In this document: one piece after another, positions 42,797 through 56,200 of the stretch
How positions within the stretch are numbered: the stretch's first letter is position 1
Layout: each line of letters opens with the position of its first letter
Assembly (NCBI GenBank): GCA_002269645.1
Contig: NIVC01000650.1
Span: 193,984 to 257,983 of the forward strand
Direction: 5' to 3'
DNA: 64,000 bases
From: Macrostomum lignano
Taxonomy: Eukaryota
Program-made: the position numbers and the translations under genes
The notes under the pieces: model-generated
Database searches by the model: none
The model's input: the letters and a program-made list of their open reading frames with translations, nothing else
Told to the model about the DNA's origin: nothing

Positions 42797-44452
42797 CAGT
42801 CATGCACAAAAGTAAGTACACCCCAAGCAAAAATTGAGAAAAACGGTTATAATTTCTGAACCGTCAGCTCTATTACGACAAAACTGCATCACAATGATCC
42901 TTATTGACTGGCGCTTATTTTGACACATCAAGCTTTGAAAAACTCTTTGTGGCTAAGGAGCTGTGGCCAAAAATGCTCAAACACACCTGTGCAAAAGTAA
43001 GTACACCCTGCCCTTCACTACCAGTATAACCTCCTCTGTGCAAATGCGAGCCACCACAAGTACATTGCCAGCCGCCTCACTGCCTGTTACGTCACCAGCG
43101 ACTTTAGTCCTGCTCGCCCCTGCCCTCAATCGGCTCAGCTACTGGTTTTCATGCTACTATAAAGCTCATGTGCACTGCAGCCGCTTCGTCATTGACTTGA
43201 TACACGCCAGGACAATGCCAAGAGGCCAGGAGCTGTCAGTTCAGTTAAGAAATCGCATTGTAGCAGCTCACGATAGTGGCGATGGCTACAAGCGGATATC
43301 TGCTGCCTTCAATGTGCATGTATCAACGGTTAGGCGCATCATCGCAAAGTACAAACAGCACGGCACCACAGCATCTCTGCCTCGCAGTGGCCGGCCGAGC
43401 AAAATTTCAGCTCGCGCGCTGCGCAAACTCATGCAAGAGGTCAGCCAAAACCCGAATGCAACATCAGGCGAGCTGCAGCAGATGCTGAATGCAGCTGGCT
43501 TATTGCCGCACAGGACTACTGTTCGCCAAGCCCTGAACCGCGCGGGCCTCCGCAGCTGCATTCCAAGAAAAAAGCCTCTGCTGCAGCAGCGACATCGCGA
43601 TGCCAGGCTGCAGTTCGCTAATGCGATGCTGAGCAAGCCAGACAGCTACTGGCAGTCAGTGCTTTGGACTGATGAAACCAAGATTGAGCTGTTCGGCAGG
43701 AATGAGAAGCAGCGCGTGTGGCGCAAGCCGAACACTGCATTTGAGCAGAAACACCTGAAGCCGACAGTCAAGCACGGAGGCGGCAGCATCATGCTGTGGG
43801 GCTGCTTTGCAGCTGCTGGCACCGGCAGGCTGATGCACATCACCGAGAAGATGAATTCGGCCGTGTATCTGCAGATCCTTGACGAAAACCTGCAGTCATC
43901 AGTGCATGACCTCGGTCTTGGACGAGCTTGGACACTGCAGCAGGACAATGACCCAAGCACACGAGTGCTGCAACTCGGCGATGGCTGCAGCAGAGGCGCA
44001 TCAAGGTTATGGAGTGGCCAAGCCAGAGCCCTGACCTGAACCCGATCGAGATGCTGTGGACGGATCTCAAGAAGATGGTTCACGCGAGGAAGCCGAAGAA
44101 TCTGCGGGAATTGGCCGAATTCTGCATCGAGGAGTGGCGGAAAGTGCCCGCTGAGAGGTGCGCTGCCCTGGTGAATGGCTACCGCAAGCGGCTCTTGGCT
44201 GTGGTGGCTGCACGAGGCGGAGCTACAAAGTATTAAGACAGGGTGTACTTACTTTTGCACATGTGTGTTTGAGCATTTTTGGCCACAGCTCCTTAGCCAC
44301 AAAGAGTTTTTCAAAGCTTGATGTGTCAAAATAAGCGCCAGTCAATAAGGATCATTGTGATGCAGTTTTGTTGTAATAGAGCTGACGATTCAGAAATTAT
44401 AACCGTTTTTCTCAATTTTTGCTTGGGGTGTACTTACTTTTGTGCATGACTG
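42797..44452 (+). mobile_element. Tc1-family DNA transposon, IR/DR type (1656 bp)
   Basis: 214-bp TIRs 42797-43010 and 44239-44452 (3 mismatches seen), each carrying aaaagtaagtacacc at its outer and inner ends. TA duplication at 42795-42796 and 44453-44454. Confidence 0.97.
43215..44236 (+). CDS. Tc1 DD34E transposase with one -1 frameshift near 43952 (340 aa if repaired)
   Basis: MPRGQELS... with paired-like HTH and GRPSK, WTDETKIELFG (D1), KHGGGSIMLWGCF, QQDND (D2), SPDLNPIE (E). The sequence gacccaagcac is one base short of the canonical DPKH. Confidence 0.92.
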
Positions 44453-44984
44453 TATCTATCTATTTATCCGTCAGTCTGGTTAATTAGTACGAGCTCATAG
44501 TCATCATATTGACTTTTATTTGAAAGAAAACAGAGCAACTCTTACTTATTGCTGTTAAATTAAATCATCCTCAGAATCCTAAACTGGGTACTTGGCGAGC
44601 CAGTGCTAAAAAGGGGCTACATAAATTTCTTGTCGGCATTATTTGTATTCACAATAAAGTTTACCGGTCAACACTAGTCACTACTTGTACATGTACATGC
44701 ATGCGAGTCATTGTCCAACCAGGGCTATCGTTCGAATTTCGTAGGTGAGCACGTTCAGCTGGTCAGGCGACGTGGTGAACAGCCGGCTAGCTGGGATGTC
44801 CACCATGGAGTTGACGGCCTCGCTGCGGTAGAACATCGCGCCGATGTTGTAGTGGCCCGGGGTCCGGCCGAACGGAGTGGCCGACTCAACCCGACTGAGC
44901 AGCTCCAGGGTGCTGCAGTTGTTGTCAACGGTCAGGAATACCGACTTCTCTGGGGTGCGGCATCGGGCAGGGTGTACAGGGGCT

Positions 44985-45105
44985 TTAGCACCAGGGGCGC
45001 CAGTACCAGGGGTGCCAGCACCAGGGGCGCCAGCACCAGTGGCGCCAGTACCAGGGGACGCCAGTACCAGGGGTTTTAGCACCAGGGGCGCCAGCACCAG
45101 GGGCT
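44985..45105. repeat. 15-bp tandem repeat (agcaccaggggcgcc)
   Basis: About 8 imperfect copies, encoding GASTR / GAPGT periodicity. Confidence 0.85.
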
Positions 45106-45292
45106 ACATGTACATGTAAAAGTGCCAGAGTCTTGTCGTGCACTACATGAGAAATTAGGCTCTACTATGCAGGGCACTCTGGTGCAATGCCTTTGGCGAG
45201 ATCGTCCCACAATCGGTGCTGACATCAATTCTGCCCCGTCCCGCTGACTCCTGATCACAGACAAGCGCGCCAATACCTTACGCACTCACACA

Positions 45293-45683
45293 CAGGGGCG
45301 TAGCCAGAGGGGGGGGCAAGGGGGGCCCCCCCCCCCCCCCCAATCACCAACTCTGGCCTTGGCGCCCCCCCAGAACTGCGCTTTACCGCCCCTTTGAAAA
45401 TGCTGCCGCTTTCCTGGCGCCCCCCATAAATAAACTGCCCCCCCCTAAAAAACTGCCCCGCCCTATAAAGAAACTGGCGCCCCCCCCCTATAAGAAACTG
45501 GCGCCCCCCCCCCCCTAAAAGAAACTGGCGCCCCCCTATAAGAAACTGGCGCCCCCTATAAGGAACTGGCGCCCCTATAAGAAACTGGCGCCCCCCCTAT
45601 AAGAAACTGGCGCCCCCCTCTATAAGAAACTGGCGCCCCCTAACTCACGCCCCCCCCAATCAATATTCCTGGCTACGCCCCTG
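45293..45683. mobile_element. Non-autonomous hAT-type MITE (391 bp)
   Basis: Perfect 15-bp TIRs caggggcgtagccag / ctggctacgcccctg. Perfect 8-bp TSD ctcacaca at 45285-45292 and 45684-45691. Internal tataagaaactggcgcccc repeats. Confidence 0.93.
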
Positions 45684-45691
45684 CTCACACA

Positions 45692-45895
45692 CACGCTCAC
45701 ACAGGGTGTACAAACGGCCCTGACTTTCTAATCGTCAGTCATGTAGCTCGTACACTCTCAGTTTCCTGGGGCTGGCTCTCATGAGCTGTGAATCTTACGA
45801 CAACCCCCCTGGCTAATTTTCTCTCACAAGCCCCAAATGAATTTCGCGCAGGGAATCGAACCTGGGATCGAGGCGCGAGAGTGGGGCGAAGTATA
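45692..45895 (-). mobile_element. Possible SINE remnant interrupted by the MITE
   Basis: B-box ggttcgattcc on the minus strand at 45852-45862 with cccagg flanks. A-box not convincing and boundaries uncertain. Confidence 0.35.
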
Positions 45896-46295
45896 ACAAT
45901 ATATAGCTCATTTTAATATTAAAAACTTCAAAGATCCCAAACTTCCTAATGCGTCATCACTCAAGCATGCGCAGCCACTGTGACATGTAAAAGACACACA
46001 AAATTAAGGGCCCTGCAACACAAGTGAAAAGCATTGAAGCGTTCAAGTAGGTTAGCCAGGCTCACGTTGCATGTTTCACTCACTTTCCAGTTCAAAGCTC
46101 GGAGTCCAGAAGTGGTAGTTGATCAGGAATCGCATCCTTGTCGTTGTCGATATTAATTCAACCGAAAATTTCTAATAAGAAAAAGAGAATCGAAGGTCGC
46201 ATGTCTCGAGTTCGCTCATACTAAAAAAATTGCTTTGCTCCTGCCATAGACGCATTCAAGTTTGGGAACTTTCTGAGTCACTTTAATTTTTGAGT

Positions 46296-46338
46296 CAATC
46301 AGTCAATCAATCAGTCAATCAATCAGTCAATCAATCAG

Positions 46339-46381
<43 letters not shown>

Positions 46382-46520
46382 GTCAATCAATCAATCAATC
46401 AATGAATCAGTCAATCAATCAATCAATTAATCAGTCAATCAATCAATCAGTCAAACGATCAATCAATCAATCAATCAATCAACCAATCAATCAGGCAATC
46501 AATCAATCAATCAATGAATC
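46296..46520. repeat. (TCAA)n microsatellite
   Basis: tcaa/tcag run. Confidence 0.95.
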
Positions 46521-46874
46521 ACTGAACTTATTCAGTCTAATGAACAATAAGAAATTTACGGATATAATTAAATACTAAAAAATCTATAATTTTTCTCGTC
46601 AAAATCAATCCATTTATCTATCAGTTTATCTGCTTTAATAATTTAAAAAAGCTTAGATAAACTGAATCATGGCAATCATTGAAACAATTTTCCAGTAAAA
46701 GTTACATTATTTGAAACAATGGCCTAAATGTAAAGTAAAAGAAGTACATATATAAGGTAGAATTCAAGTAGCCAACAGCAAAGTTGAGCTGCTCTAGGGC
46801 AGTACAGATCTGCCCAGCTCAGCAAACACTGTTGAACTTTGATCGCAGCTTTCCTGAGTTTGATAAACAACATT

Positions 46875-47848
46875 GACCTTCAGGGTCTCCCTTCAGGGTC
46901 TCCCTTCAGGGTCTCCCTTTAGGGTCTCCCTTCAGGGTCTCCCTTCAGGGTCTCCCTTCAGGGTCTCCCTTCAGGGTCTCCCTTCAGGGTCTCCCTTCAG
47001 GGTCTCCCTTCAGGGTCTCCCTTCAGGGTCTCCCTTCAGGGTCTCCCTTCAGGGTCTCCCTTCAGGGTCTCCCTTCAGGGTCTCCCTTCAGGGTCTCCCT
47101 TCAGGGTCTCCCTTCAGGGTCTCCCTTCAGGGTCTCCCTTCAGGGTCTCCCTTCAGGGTCTCCCTTCAGGGTCTCCCTTCAGGGTCTCCCTTCAGGGTCT
47201 CCCTTCAGGGTCTCCCTTCAGGGTCTCCCTTCAGGGTCTCCCTTCAGGGTCTCCCTTCAGGGTCTCCCTTCAGGGTCTCCCTTCAGGGTCTCCCTTCAGG
47301 GTCTCCCTTCAGGGTCTCCCTTCAGGGTCTCCCTTCAGGGTCTCCCTTCAGGGTCTCCCTTCAGGGTCTCCCTTCAGGGTCTCCCTTCAGGGTCTCCCTT
47401 CAGGGTCTCCCTTCAGGGTCTCCCTTCAGGGTCTCCCTTCAGGGTCTCCCTTCAGGGTCTCCCTTCAGGGTCTCCCTTCAGGGTCTCCCTTCAGGGTCTC
47501 CCTTCAGGGTCTCCCTTCAGGGTCTCCCTTCAGGGTCTCCCTTCAGGGTCTCCCTTCAGGGTCTCCCTTCAGGGTCTCCCTTCAGGGTCTCCCTTCAGGG
47601 TCTCCCTTCAGGGTCTCCCTTCAGGGTCTCCCTTCAGGGTCTCCCTTCAGGGTCTCCCTTCAGGGTCTCCCTTCAGGGTCTCCCTTCAGGGTCTCCCTTC
47701 AGGGTCTCCCTTCAGGGTCTCCCTTCAGGGTCTCCCTTCAGGGTCTCCCTTCAGGGTCTCCCTTCAGGGTCTCCCTTCAGGGTCTCCCTTCAGGGTCTCC
47801 CTTCAGGGTCTCCCTTCAGGGTCTCCCTTCAGGGTCTCCCTTCAGGGA
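46875..47848. repeat. 13-bp minisatellite (cagggtctccctt)n, ~75 near-perfect copies
   Basis: Only one variant (ccctttagg near 46920) seen. Explains the 367-aa periodic ORF. Confidence 0.98.
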
Positions 47849-48399
47849 TTGTTGATTTTCTGTCGCTTCCCCGCACTCCTAGCAAGCCTAATCCCGACAG
47901 CTATAATGCAGCCAATCCTTCATTAACGCTGTCTCCATTACTGTATTTTCATTCCCAAATCCCCACTGGGATCTAGGATTTCATAATTGAGCCACATTTT
48001 ATCCCATCACGAAAACCAAAAATATGATTATTGAATCGAACATTATGTTTGCGTGCCTTTTTACAGTTTCCTTGTATGGCATTGATTTGTTGATTGTATA
48101 ATTCGGTCCATAGAGCCGCGCTGCCATCAGAGATGAAGTACTCAGCTTCTCATTCGAGCTCTCCCTGCGAAGCTAATGGAAAAGCACTGTATATGTGTGT
48201 AGCTACCGTTGTATCGTCCATCTGGTCCCGAACCCTAAGTGAGCACTTGGACTGCACTGAGCTTTTAGGCTGCTCAGAGCATTTCAGATCCCATTATCAG
48301 ATCCTGTTTCTAACGCTTGGGTAGATTTCTATCCCCAAAAGCCGCTGCGGGTTCTGTTTATCTGTGCTTGCCTGGCTCCGGATTTCGACATCTTTGAAA

Positions 48400-48965
48400 T
48401 TCCACATCCACAATATTCCACATCCATTTAATATCACATCCATGAAATTCCACATCCATGAAATTCCACATCCATGAAATTCCACATCCATGAAATTCCA
48501 CATCCATGAAATTCCACATCCATGATATTCCACATCCATGATATTCCACATCCATGATATTCCACATCCATGATATTCCACATCCATGAAATTCCACATC
48601 CATGATATTCCACATCCATGATATTCCACATCCATGATATTCCACATCCATGAAATTCCACATCCATGAAATTCCACATCCTGAAATTCCACATCCATGA
48701 TTTTCCACATCCATGATTTTCCACATCCATGATATTCCACATCCTGAAATTCCACATCCAGAAATTCCACATCCAGAAATTCCACATCCATGATATTCCA
48801 CATCCTGAAATTCCACATCCAGAAATTCCACATCCATGACATTCCACATCCATGAATTTCCAGATCCACGAAATTCCACATCCGTGAAATTCCACATCCA
48901 GAAATTCCACATCCAGAAATTCCACATCTATGGATTTCCAAATCTACAAAATTCCACATCCGTGA
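48400..48965. repeat. 16-bp minisatellite (catgaaattccacatc)
   Basis: Period 16 (catgaaattc at 48441 and 48457), ~35 copies with variants. Confidence 0.95.
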
Positions 48966-49399
48966 AATTTACTTTCCTCAAATTCTCAGCACCTGCCAGC
49001 TATAGTTCCTCGTCCCTCTGAGCCAAATGTACTTTTATGTAACGAACCAATGAGAGACCTTGGGAAAGAGAGCCACCTAACGAATTGTCATCATTGGCTG
49101 AGTGTATAAAGTAAAGAAGGGCCTGCAAAGGATACTTACATATCTCAAATTCAGCGTTTTTTTACTTCCAGCAGCTCAGCAGTGACTCCAACCAAATAAT
49201 TTTTTTGAGTTCGACAAAAATAATTTTTGATTTTTACTGGGCCTAGGCTGCCTTCGCAACCCAGCTAATATCAGGTGGAATAGGTGAGTTTCTAATCTTC
49301 ATTCACGTGGAATAGATAGCATGATAGTTTAACACATCCTTCTTAGCCAGCAGTATCCCATGCCAATCTAACTAGTGCTTAGCGACCTCCTACTAGTCA

Positions 49400-49690
49400 C
49401 CCACTCTTGGCACCTCTGTTGGCTCTTTTTCTTTGCGCCACTCTTGGCGCCTCTTTTGGCGCTTTTTCTTAGCGCCACTCTTGGCGCCTCTTTTGGCGCT
49501 TTTTCTTAGAGCTACTCTTGGCGCCTCGTTTAGCGCATTTTCTTAGCGCCACTCTTGGCGCCTCGTTTGGCGCTTTTTATTCGCGTCACTCTTTGAAGCC
49601 TCTTTTGGCGCTTTTTCTTAGCGCCACTCTTGGCGCCTCTTTTGGCGCTTTTTATTCGCGTGACTCTTTGGCGCCTCTTTTGGAGCTTTT
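49400..49690. repeat. 37-bp tandem repeat (ttagcgccactcttggcgcctcttttggcgctttttc)
   Basis: ctcttggcgc recurs at 49441 and 49478; ~7 copies. Confidence 0.88.
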
Positions 49691-52600
49691 TTTCACGTTT
49701 TCTTGCCTTTTTTCAATTCCTTTTGCCCTATTTTCTGTCTTCTAAAAGCAATATTTGTTAGCACATCGAGTTACATTGTTTGCACAGTTGAACAATGAGA
49801 CTGGAATTTAACTGACTGCCATCTCTACAGCATATCTTCAAATCAGTTTTTTATTTATTCAAACAGCCAACTTAGGCAATTTTTAAGAAACAACTTTAAG
49901 AATTTATAAGTGTGTCCTGCAGAAGCCAGGTTCTGATTTAGTGCATAGGCTCAAGCTATATGCATACGAGTATAAACCATGCATACTTAACAGCTGTGAT
50001 CGATCCGCGCAAATCCCCTGAGAAACAGGAGACTGCATGCCACTCGGCAGCTCTCGCCTCTCTCTCTCGCTCCACCTTTCCCAGCCTCTGGTGCCTGCTG
50101 CAGCACTGGTTTAACCAATAGCAGTTGTTGAAGATTCAACTTGCAAAAATCTTTAGTCATGCGCGACAGTCCACGTGGATGTGTAGCTGCTACACATGCA
50201 TATACGCATATATATACAAGCAGTATGTAAATACGCGGGATCTGCAGCAGGCAGGTGCAGAGGCCGCTTCCCCCGCCTGGCTTCAGCTCCCCAATCTTCC
50301 CAATTGCCCCTTTTCTGCTGCTATAAGCAAGATGAAGCACAGAGAGAAGAGGCAGCCCAGGAGACGGTTTATACAGCAGGCAATTGTCAGCAGGCGTTCA
50401 GACACGGGCAAGGGCGAAAGAATTGACACGGAATTTGGAAAAGTGCTTTTTAGGGCAGCAGGAAAATAGATTGGAGTGTGCGGTAGCAAAGTGCCGGAGA
50501 CTGCGTGGTCCTTGTGCACCCGCTTGAAATGCCTGCTCATTCAATATTCTGCGCGCTCTTCTGCCAGACGGCTTGAGAATTGCAATTTAGCCGGCTGCTG
50601 GCAACAATGGGAACTTCTTCCCAGGCGCGGGTAATGGGCCATGGCTGCGTGAGCTGAGCTCTGATACTTGATGAAGTTGGCGGCTTGGATGTCACGCCAG
50701 AAAGAAGAAGTTTGCGATGGCAAGCCCCACTGTAATATCCGCTGGAGAGGGGAGGTGAGGGTACAGCTAAAGCAGCCGGTCGTTATAAGATGTGTGCTTT
50801 CACTGGAGACTGGAGCTTTCTATGCTAAACGCTTTTTTGTCTGAGAAGTTGCACAAAAATCGGACAAAACTCTGTCGAGAAAGACTCGCCTACAGGGTCA
50901 AGCGGCAATCACGTCTGACTGTCGCGGCTGGACATCTGGTTCGATTCAAACATTAGTATGGGGACTTGGGCACGAGAATATTGGAGGAGAGGTTTTTCGT
51001 GCGATTCACACCAATCATGCAGGGCCGATTTCCAAGGCACAGAGAGAGAGAGTGTACATGCCTGATGATTAAAAAGTCAGGACAGCTGTGAGTGCATGAG
51101 TGCCGTCTGCGTACAGTATGGGCGCGCTTGTATGCGCTTGTATGTTGAGACCATGTCGTCGAAGGCCTTGGGCCAGGGTGACCACAGACCTATCACATAA
51201 TCAACCACCAGGTACGAAACACATGTTCGTTTAATTTACCGTAAAATTCAGACGTTTATAACAAAACTACAATGTTAAGGCCTAAAAAGACCGAAAGTTG
51301 AACGAATTGCAAATGAAGTGTCCCTTCTAGTTTAGTTGTCCATGAGGCGGGTGGGAAAGGGAGATAGATGGGAGAATTCTCCCAGGGCCTCCATCTGAGC
51401 AAGGCGACCGAAGACCGAAGTCGCATGAAGTATGTGAAGGCAGTTTGCAGTTGCCGGATATTCAATCAGCCAATGCTCGAAATTTGCCTGTTGCTACGAC
51501 CGCGCCTGCGTCTCGGCTGGGAGGAAACCAATTTTCGGGCGAAGGTGGCTGAGCACCAACTCGCGTTTGTCCCCGTTAATGAAGAGAGATGAAGGCGGGG
51601 GGCTCTATGGGGTGAGAGAAGTAACCAGAACGTATACACGCATTGGTGAGTATGGCCTTGAGAGACCCGAGAGAGAGTTAGAGAGGCCTGTGTTGCAACA
51701 ACGGCAAGAGTGCGTGTGCATAGTTTGCCAAATATTTACTCAACGAATTTGAGTAAGCGCCGCGCAAGTTTGAAAGGCTTTGATTGGCCTTACGGGAACA
51801 CGACGCGTGGTTCCGGTGCCAATTTAATGCATCAGTGGCTGAGATTCAACGCACAGTTTCATTTCTTTTCATATGCTGACCAACTCCATTTGCCAATTGA
51901 TTTTCAGCCTTTTGACTGTGACTTTCAGTTACCTAGTAGTATTGGTCACTGCCCCAAATCGAGGCGGGGCGCTTCGCAAGCTCGAATTTTCAATAGGTCG
52001 AAACTTCACATCATCGAAAGGTCTTGCTGGCCACTTCATGAGCTTGAAACTTCACAAGCTCTCAAGACTGAACATCCTCGAAGAAATCCTAGTCCTAGGA
52101 TAGACTCCGATGATTCATTGTGAATCCCTTCATCGATTCCAACAATATCTATATTCATTGTCGTATAGTTTCTCATTGAAAAGTACAGCTGGTGATTTTA
52201 CGTGAGAAAAAGTCTGCCGATACCTTCACATTGTATAGCGATGGCCCTGTCACACAGGAAGTCAGCGGCAGAGGCAAACAGACCGAACAGGGAGGAGGGG
52301 TAAGCCAGAAAAAGAGAGATCAAGACAAAAGGCACTGGGTGGTGGGCGTCTCTGCTCTGGCACGATATTGTTTATGGTATCATATAAGTCGTAAATATGG
52401 ACTGTGAATGTGAGCCAGATTCTGGGACTCAACCGTCAGCGGCCGGGAAAATCGCCCTCCCCTAACTCCCCGCAGCGACAGAAATCGACAGGGGGAGGCG
52501 CGAGCGCATGGGTGGCTGAAGCGGCGTGAGGGCTGGGGAGATGCTGGAGGGGATAAAAAATCAAATTTGCTGGCTTGGGAGAGTCGTGCAGCCTAAGCTT

Positions 52601-52699
52601 CTCGCATCCCCTGTCATATTTGGTCTCCGGCAGCAATTTTTCTCACATTGTTCAGTCTGGCATGGCAACTGCAGTGAGCCGAGCTTATCTTAACTCTGC

Positions 52700-53455
<756 letters not shown>

Positions 53456-54989
53456 GGCATTGGCACAGTTATTTAAATTTCTGGCACTGTTTTTCCTAAA
53501 ATTATTCAACAATTGTGACCTTTTTCTATCGTAGTTGCACTTTTCAAATCTAATCCATTTAACTTCAGCCCCTAAGGGAAACTAAATCCCCTTCAGAATC
53601 GCCTGTCAATTTCAATTGTCCACTGCAGACTTTACTACAGGGTCGCATTGTGGGTTGCAGGTCAACGCTTCCATTCTCTACTTAATGTTCTTACTATTGA
53701 CTGGAAACGTGAACGACGAAATCCCCAGACTTAAGCCGGCGCAGAGTTCAGTCCAGATTGACGGCCGAATTATTTGCAGAGAACTTTCTTTTGAACAGCT
53801 TGGCCACAACACGGAGGCAACTTTCCTGATGCTGTTTCTAAAGAATAGGATTGGTTATTTTGGTGCATAAGCTGGGCTTGCGCATTGTGCTGCTCTATCG
53901 CAGATTGCAATCGTTAGACATAGGGACAAAGCCATTAATTTCCTCAGTCTCTTTGTCTGTCTGTCTCTATGCTACCTCTCGGGCACAGCCTTCATCCCCA
54001 GCTTCGTTGGGAATTGGGACTGAGTCGGGGCCGACCACGCCCCCACCCCCTCATCCGGGAGGCAGCGCGCGTATCGTTTGACGCGAGATAGCTATAGGCG
54101 AGCTGTCATTATTTTAGCTCGCGCACAAGCCATAAAATATCTGTCAGATCGGTAACTCTAGCCCAGCTTAGCTAATGATATACATGTGCAGAACAATTGC
54201 GATTATGTAAAAGTGGAAGGCGTACTCTTCGTTAAGCTGTTACATTTTTTTATACATTTTCATTTATGTCCTGAAGTGTAATGGAAATTTAATGCTTCGC
54301 TCAATAATTGTGGCGTGGAAAATTAATGAGAACATAATGGCAACATTCAGGGTGTACAAGGTTAGTACAATGGGATAACGGGGCAGGTGAACAGAAATAT
54401 GCTGTAAATATGCCTCAATAGCATGTAAATTGGTTAATATTACTTTGTATACTTCCGAATCTAATAAATTAGGGTACAACAATAACCCCAGTCTAAGCTT
54501 GTACACATAGTAGCAACCCTTAATAATATTAATTGTGGGGGCATAATGACGCTATATAATCAGAGGCACTTATTGCACAGCTTTCGGCATCAATCAGGAT
54601 AAATAAATACTCCGAAGGATAGGCTTACCCAAGCGGTAGAACGAGTCCTCTGTCATACTATAGAACTCAATGAGGCGATTCCTATAGCTTATCCCAAACA
54701 GCTGGCGTGACTGCGCCTGACCCGGCCTCTGCTATTCGACCTGGCTTAGGCCACGAGCCACGAGCGTGCTAGCTATAGCTGAAGGCCTATGTAGCCTAGC
54801 AACTAAGCTCATGAATATTTAATTAGGCATACGCGACGGGAAGTTTGCAGGAAGATGGAGGCAGCTAAATGACAGCCCACTTCAGAATGAGTAGCTTGAA
54901 TTAACGTAATACTTATTACTGTAGAAGCTACCTATAATAACATGTATCCGCGATCATTGGCGCCTAAAAATCGATAGCACAAGTGATTG

Positions 54990-56200
54990 AAAATCGATAG
55001 TAATTGTGTCTGAAATCGATAATATTAGTGATTGAAATCGATAATATTAGTGATTGAAATCGATAATATTAGTGATTGAAATCGATAATATTAGTGATTG
55101 AAATCGATAATATTAGTGATTGAAAGCGATAATATTAGTGATTGAAATCGATAATATTAGTGATTGAAATCGATAATATTAGTGATTGAAATCGATAATA
55201 TTAGTGATTGAAATCGATAATATTAGTGATTGAAATCGATAATATTAGTGATTGAAAGCGATAATATTAGTGATTGAAAGCGATAATATTAGTGATTGAA
55301 ATCGATAATATTAGTGATTGAAATCGATAATATTAGTGATTGAAATCGATAATATTAGTGATTGAAATCGATAATATTAGTGATTGAAATCGATAATATT
55401 AGTGATTGAAATCGATAATATTAGTGATTGAAATCGATAATATTAGTGATTGAAATCGATAATATTAGTGATTGAAATCGATAATATTAGTGATTGAAAT
55501 CGATAATATTAGTGATTGAAAGCGATAATATTAGTGATTGAAATCGATAATATTAGTGATTGAAATCGATAATATTAGTGATTGAAAGCGATAATATTAG
55601 TGATTGAAAGCGATAATATTAGTGATTGAAATCGATAATATTAGTGATTGAAATCGATAATATTAGTGATTGAAATCGATAATATTAGTGATTGAAATCG
55701 ATAATATTAGTGATTGAAATCGATAGTAATTGTGTCTGAAATCGATAATATTAGTGATTGAAAGCGATAATATTAGTGATTGAAATCGATAATATTAGTG
55801 ATTGAAATCGATAATATTAGTGATTGAAATCGATAATATTAGTGATTGAAAGCGATAATATTAGTGATTGAAATCGATAATATTAGTGATTGAAATCGAT
55901 AATATTAGTGATTGAAATCGATAATATTAGTGATTGAAATCGATAATATTAGTGATTGAAAGCGATAATATTAGTGATTGAAAGCGATAATATTAGTGAT
56001 TGAAAGCGATAATATTAGTGATTGAAATCGATAATATTAGTGATTGAAATCGATAATATTAGTGATTGAAATCGATAATATTAGTGATTGAAATCGATAA
56101 TATTAGTGCCTTAAATCGATAATATTAGTGACTAAAATCGGTAATATTAGTGACTAAAATCGGTAATATTAGGTACTGAAAATCGATAATACTAGTGAAT
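54990..56200. repeat. 22-bp minisatellite (gataatattagtgattgaaatc), ~50 copies
   Basis: Period 22 with aaagc variants. The variant unit gatagtaattgtgtctgaaatc occurs at 54996 and 55722. Confidence 0.97.

Noticed and set aside
40932-48959. Periodic ORFs such as FSTPKFFSKRY, YLSI, FRVSLQGLPSGSP and CGISWMWN
   Set aside because: Artefacts of 33-, 4-, 13- and 16-bp tandem repeats.
49987-52407. Several 60-137 aa ORFs, one with an HxxxH (RHFKRVHKDH) segment
   Set aside because: No upstream CxxC in frame, no recognisable domain and no supported exon chain.
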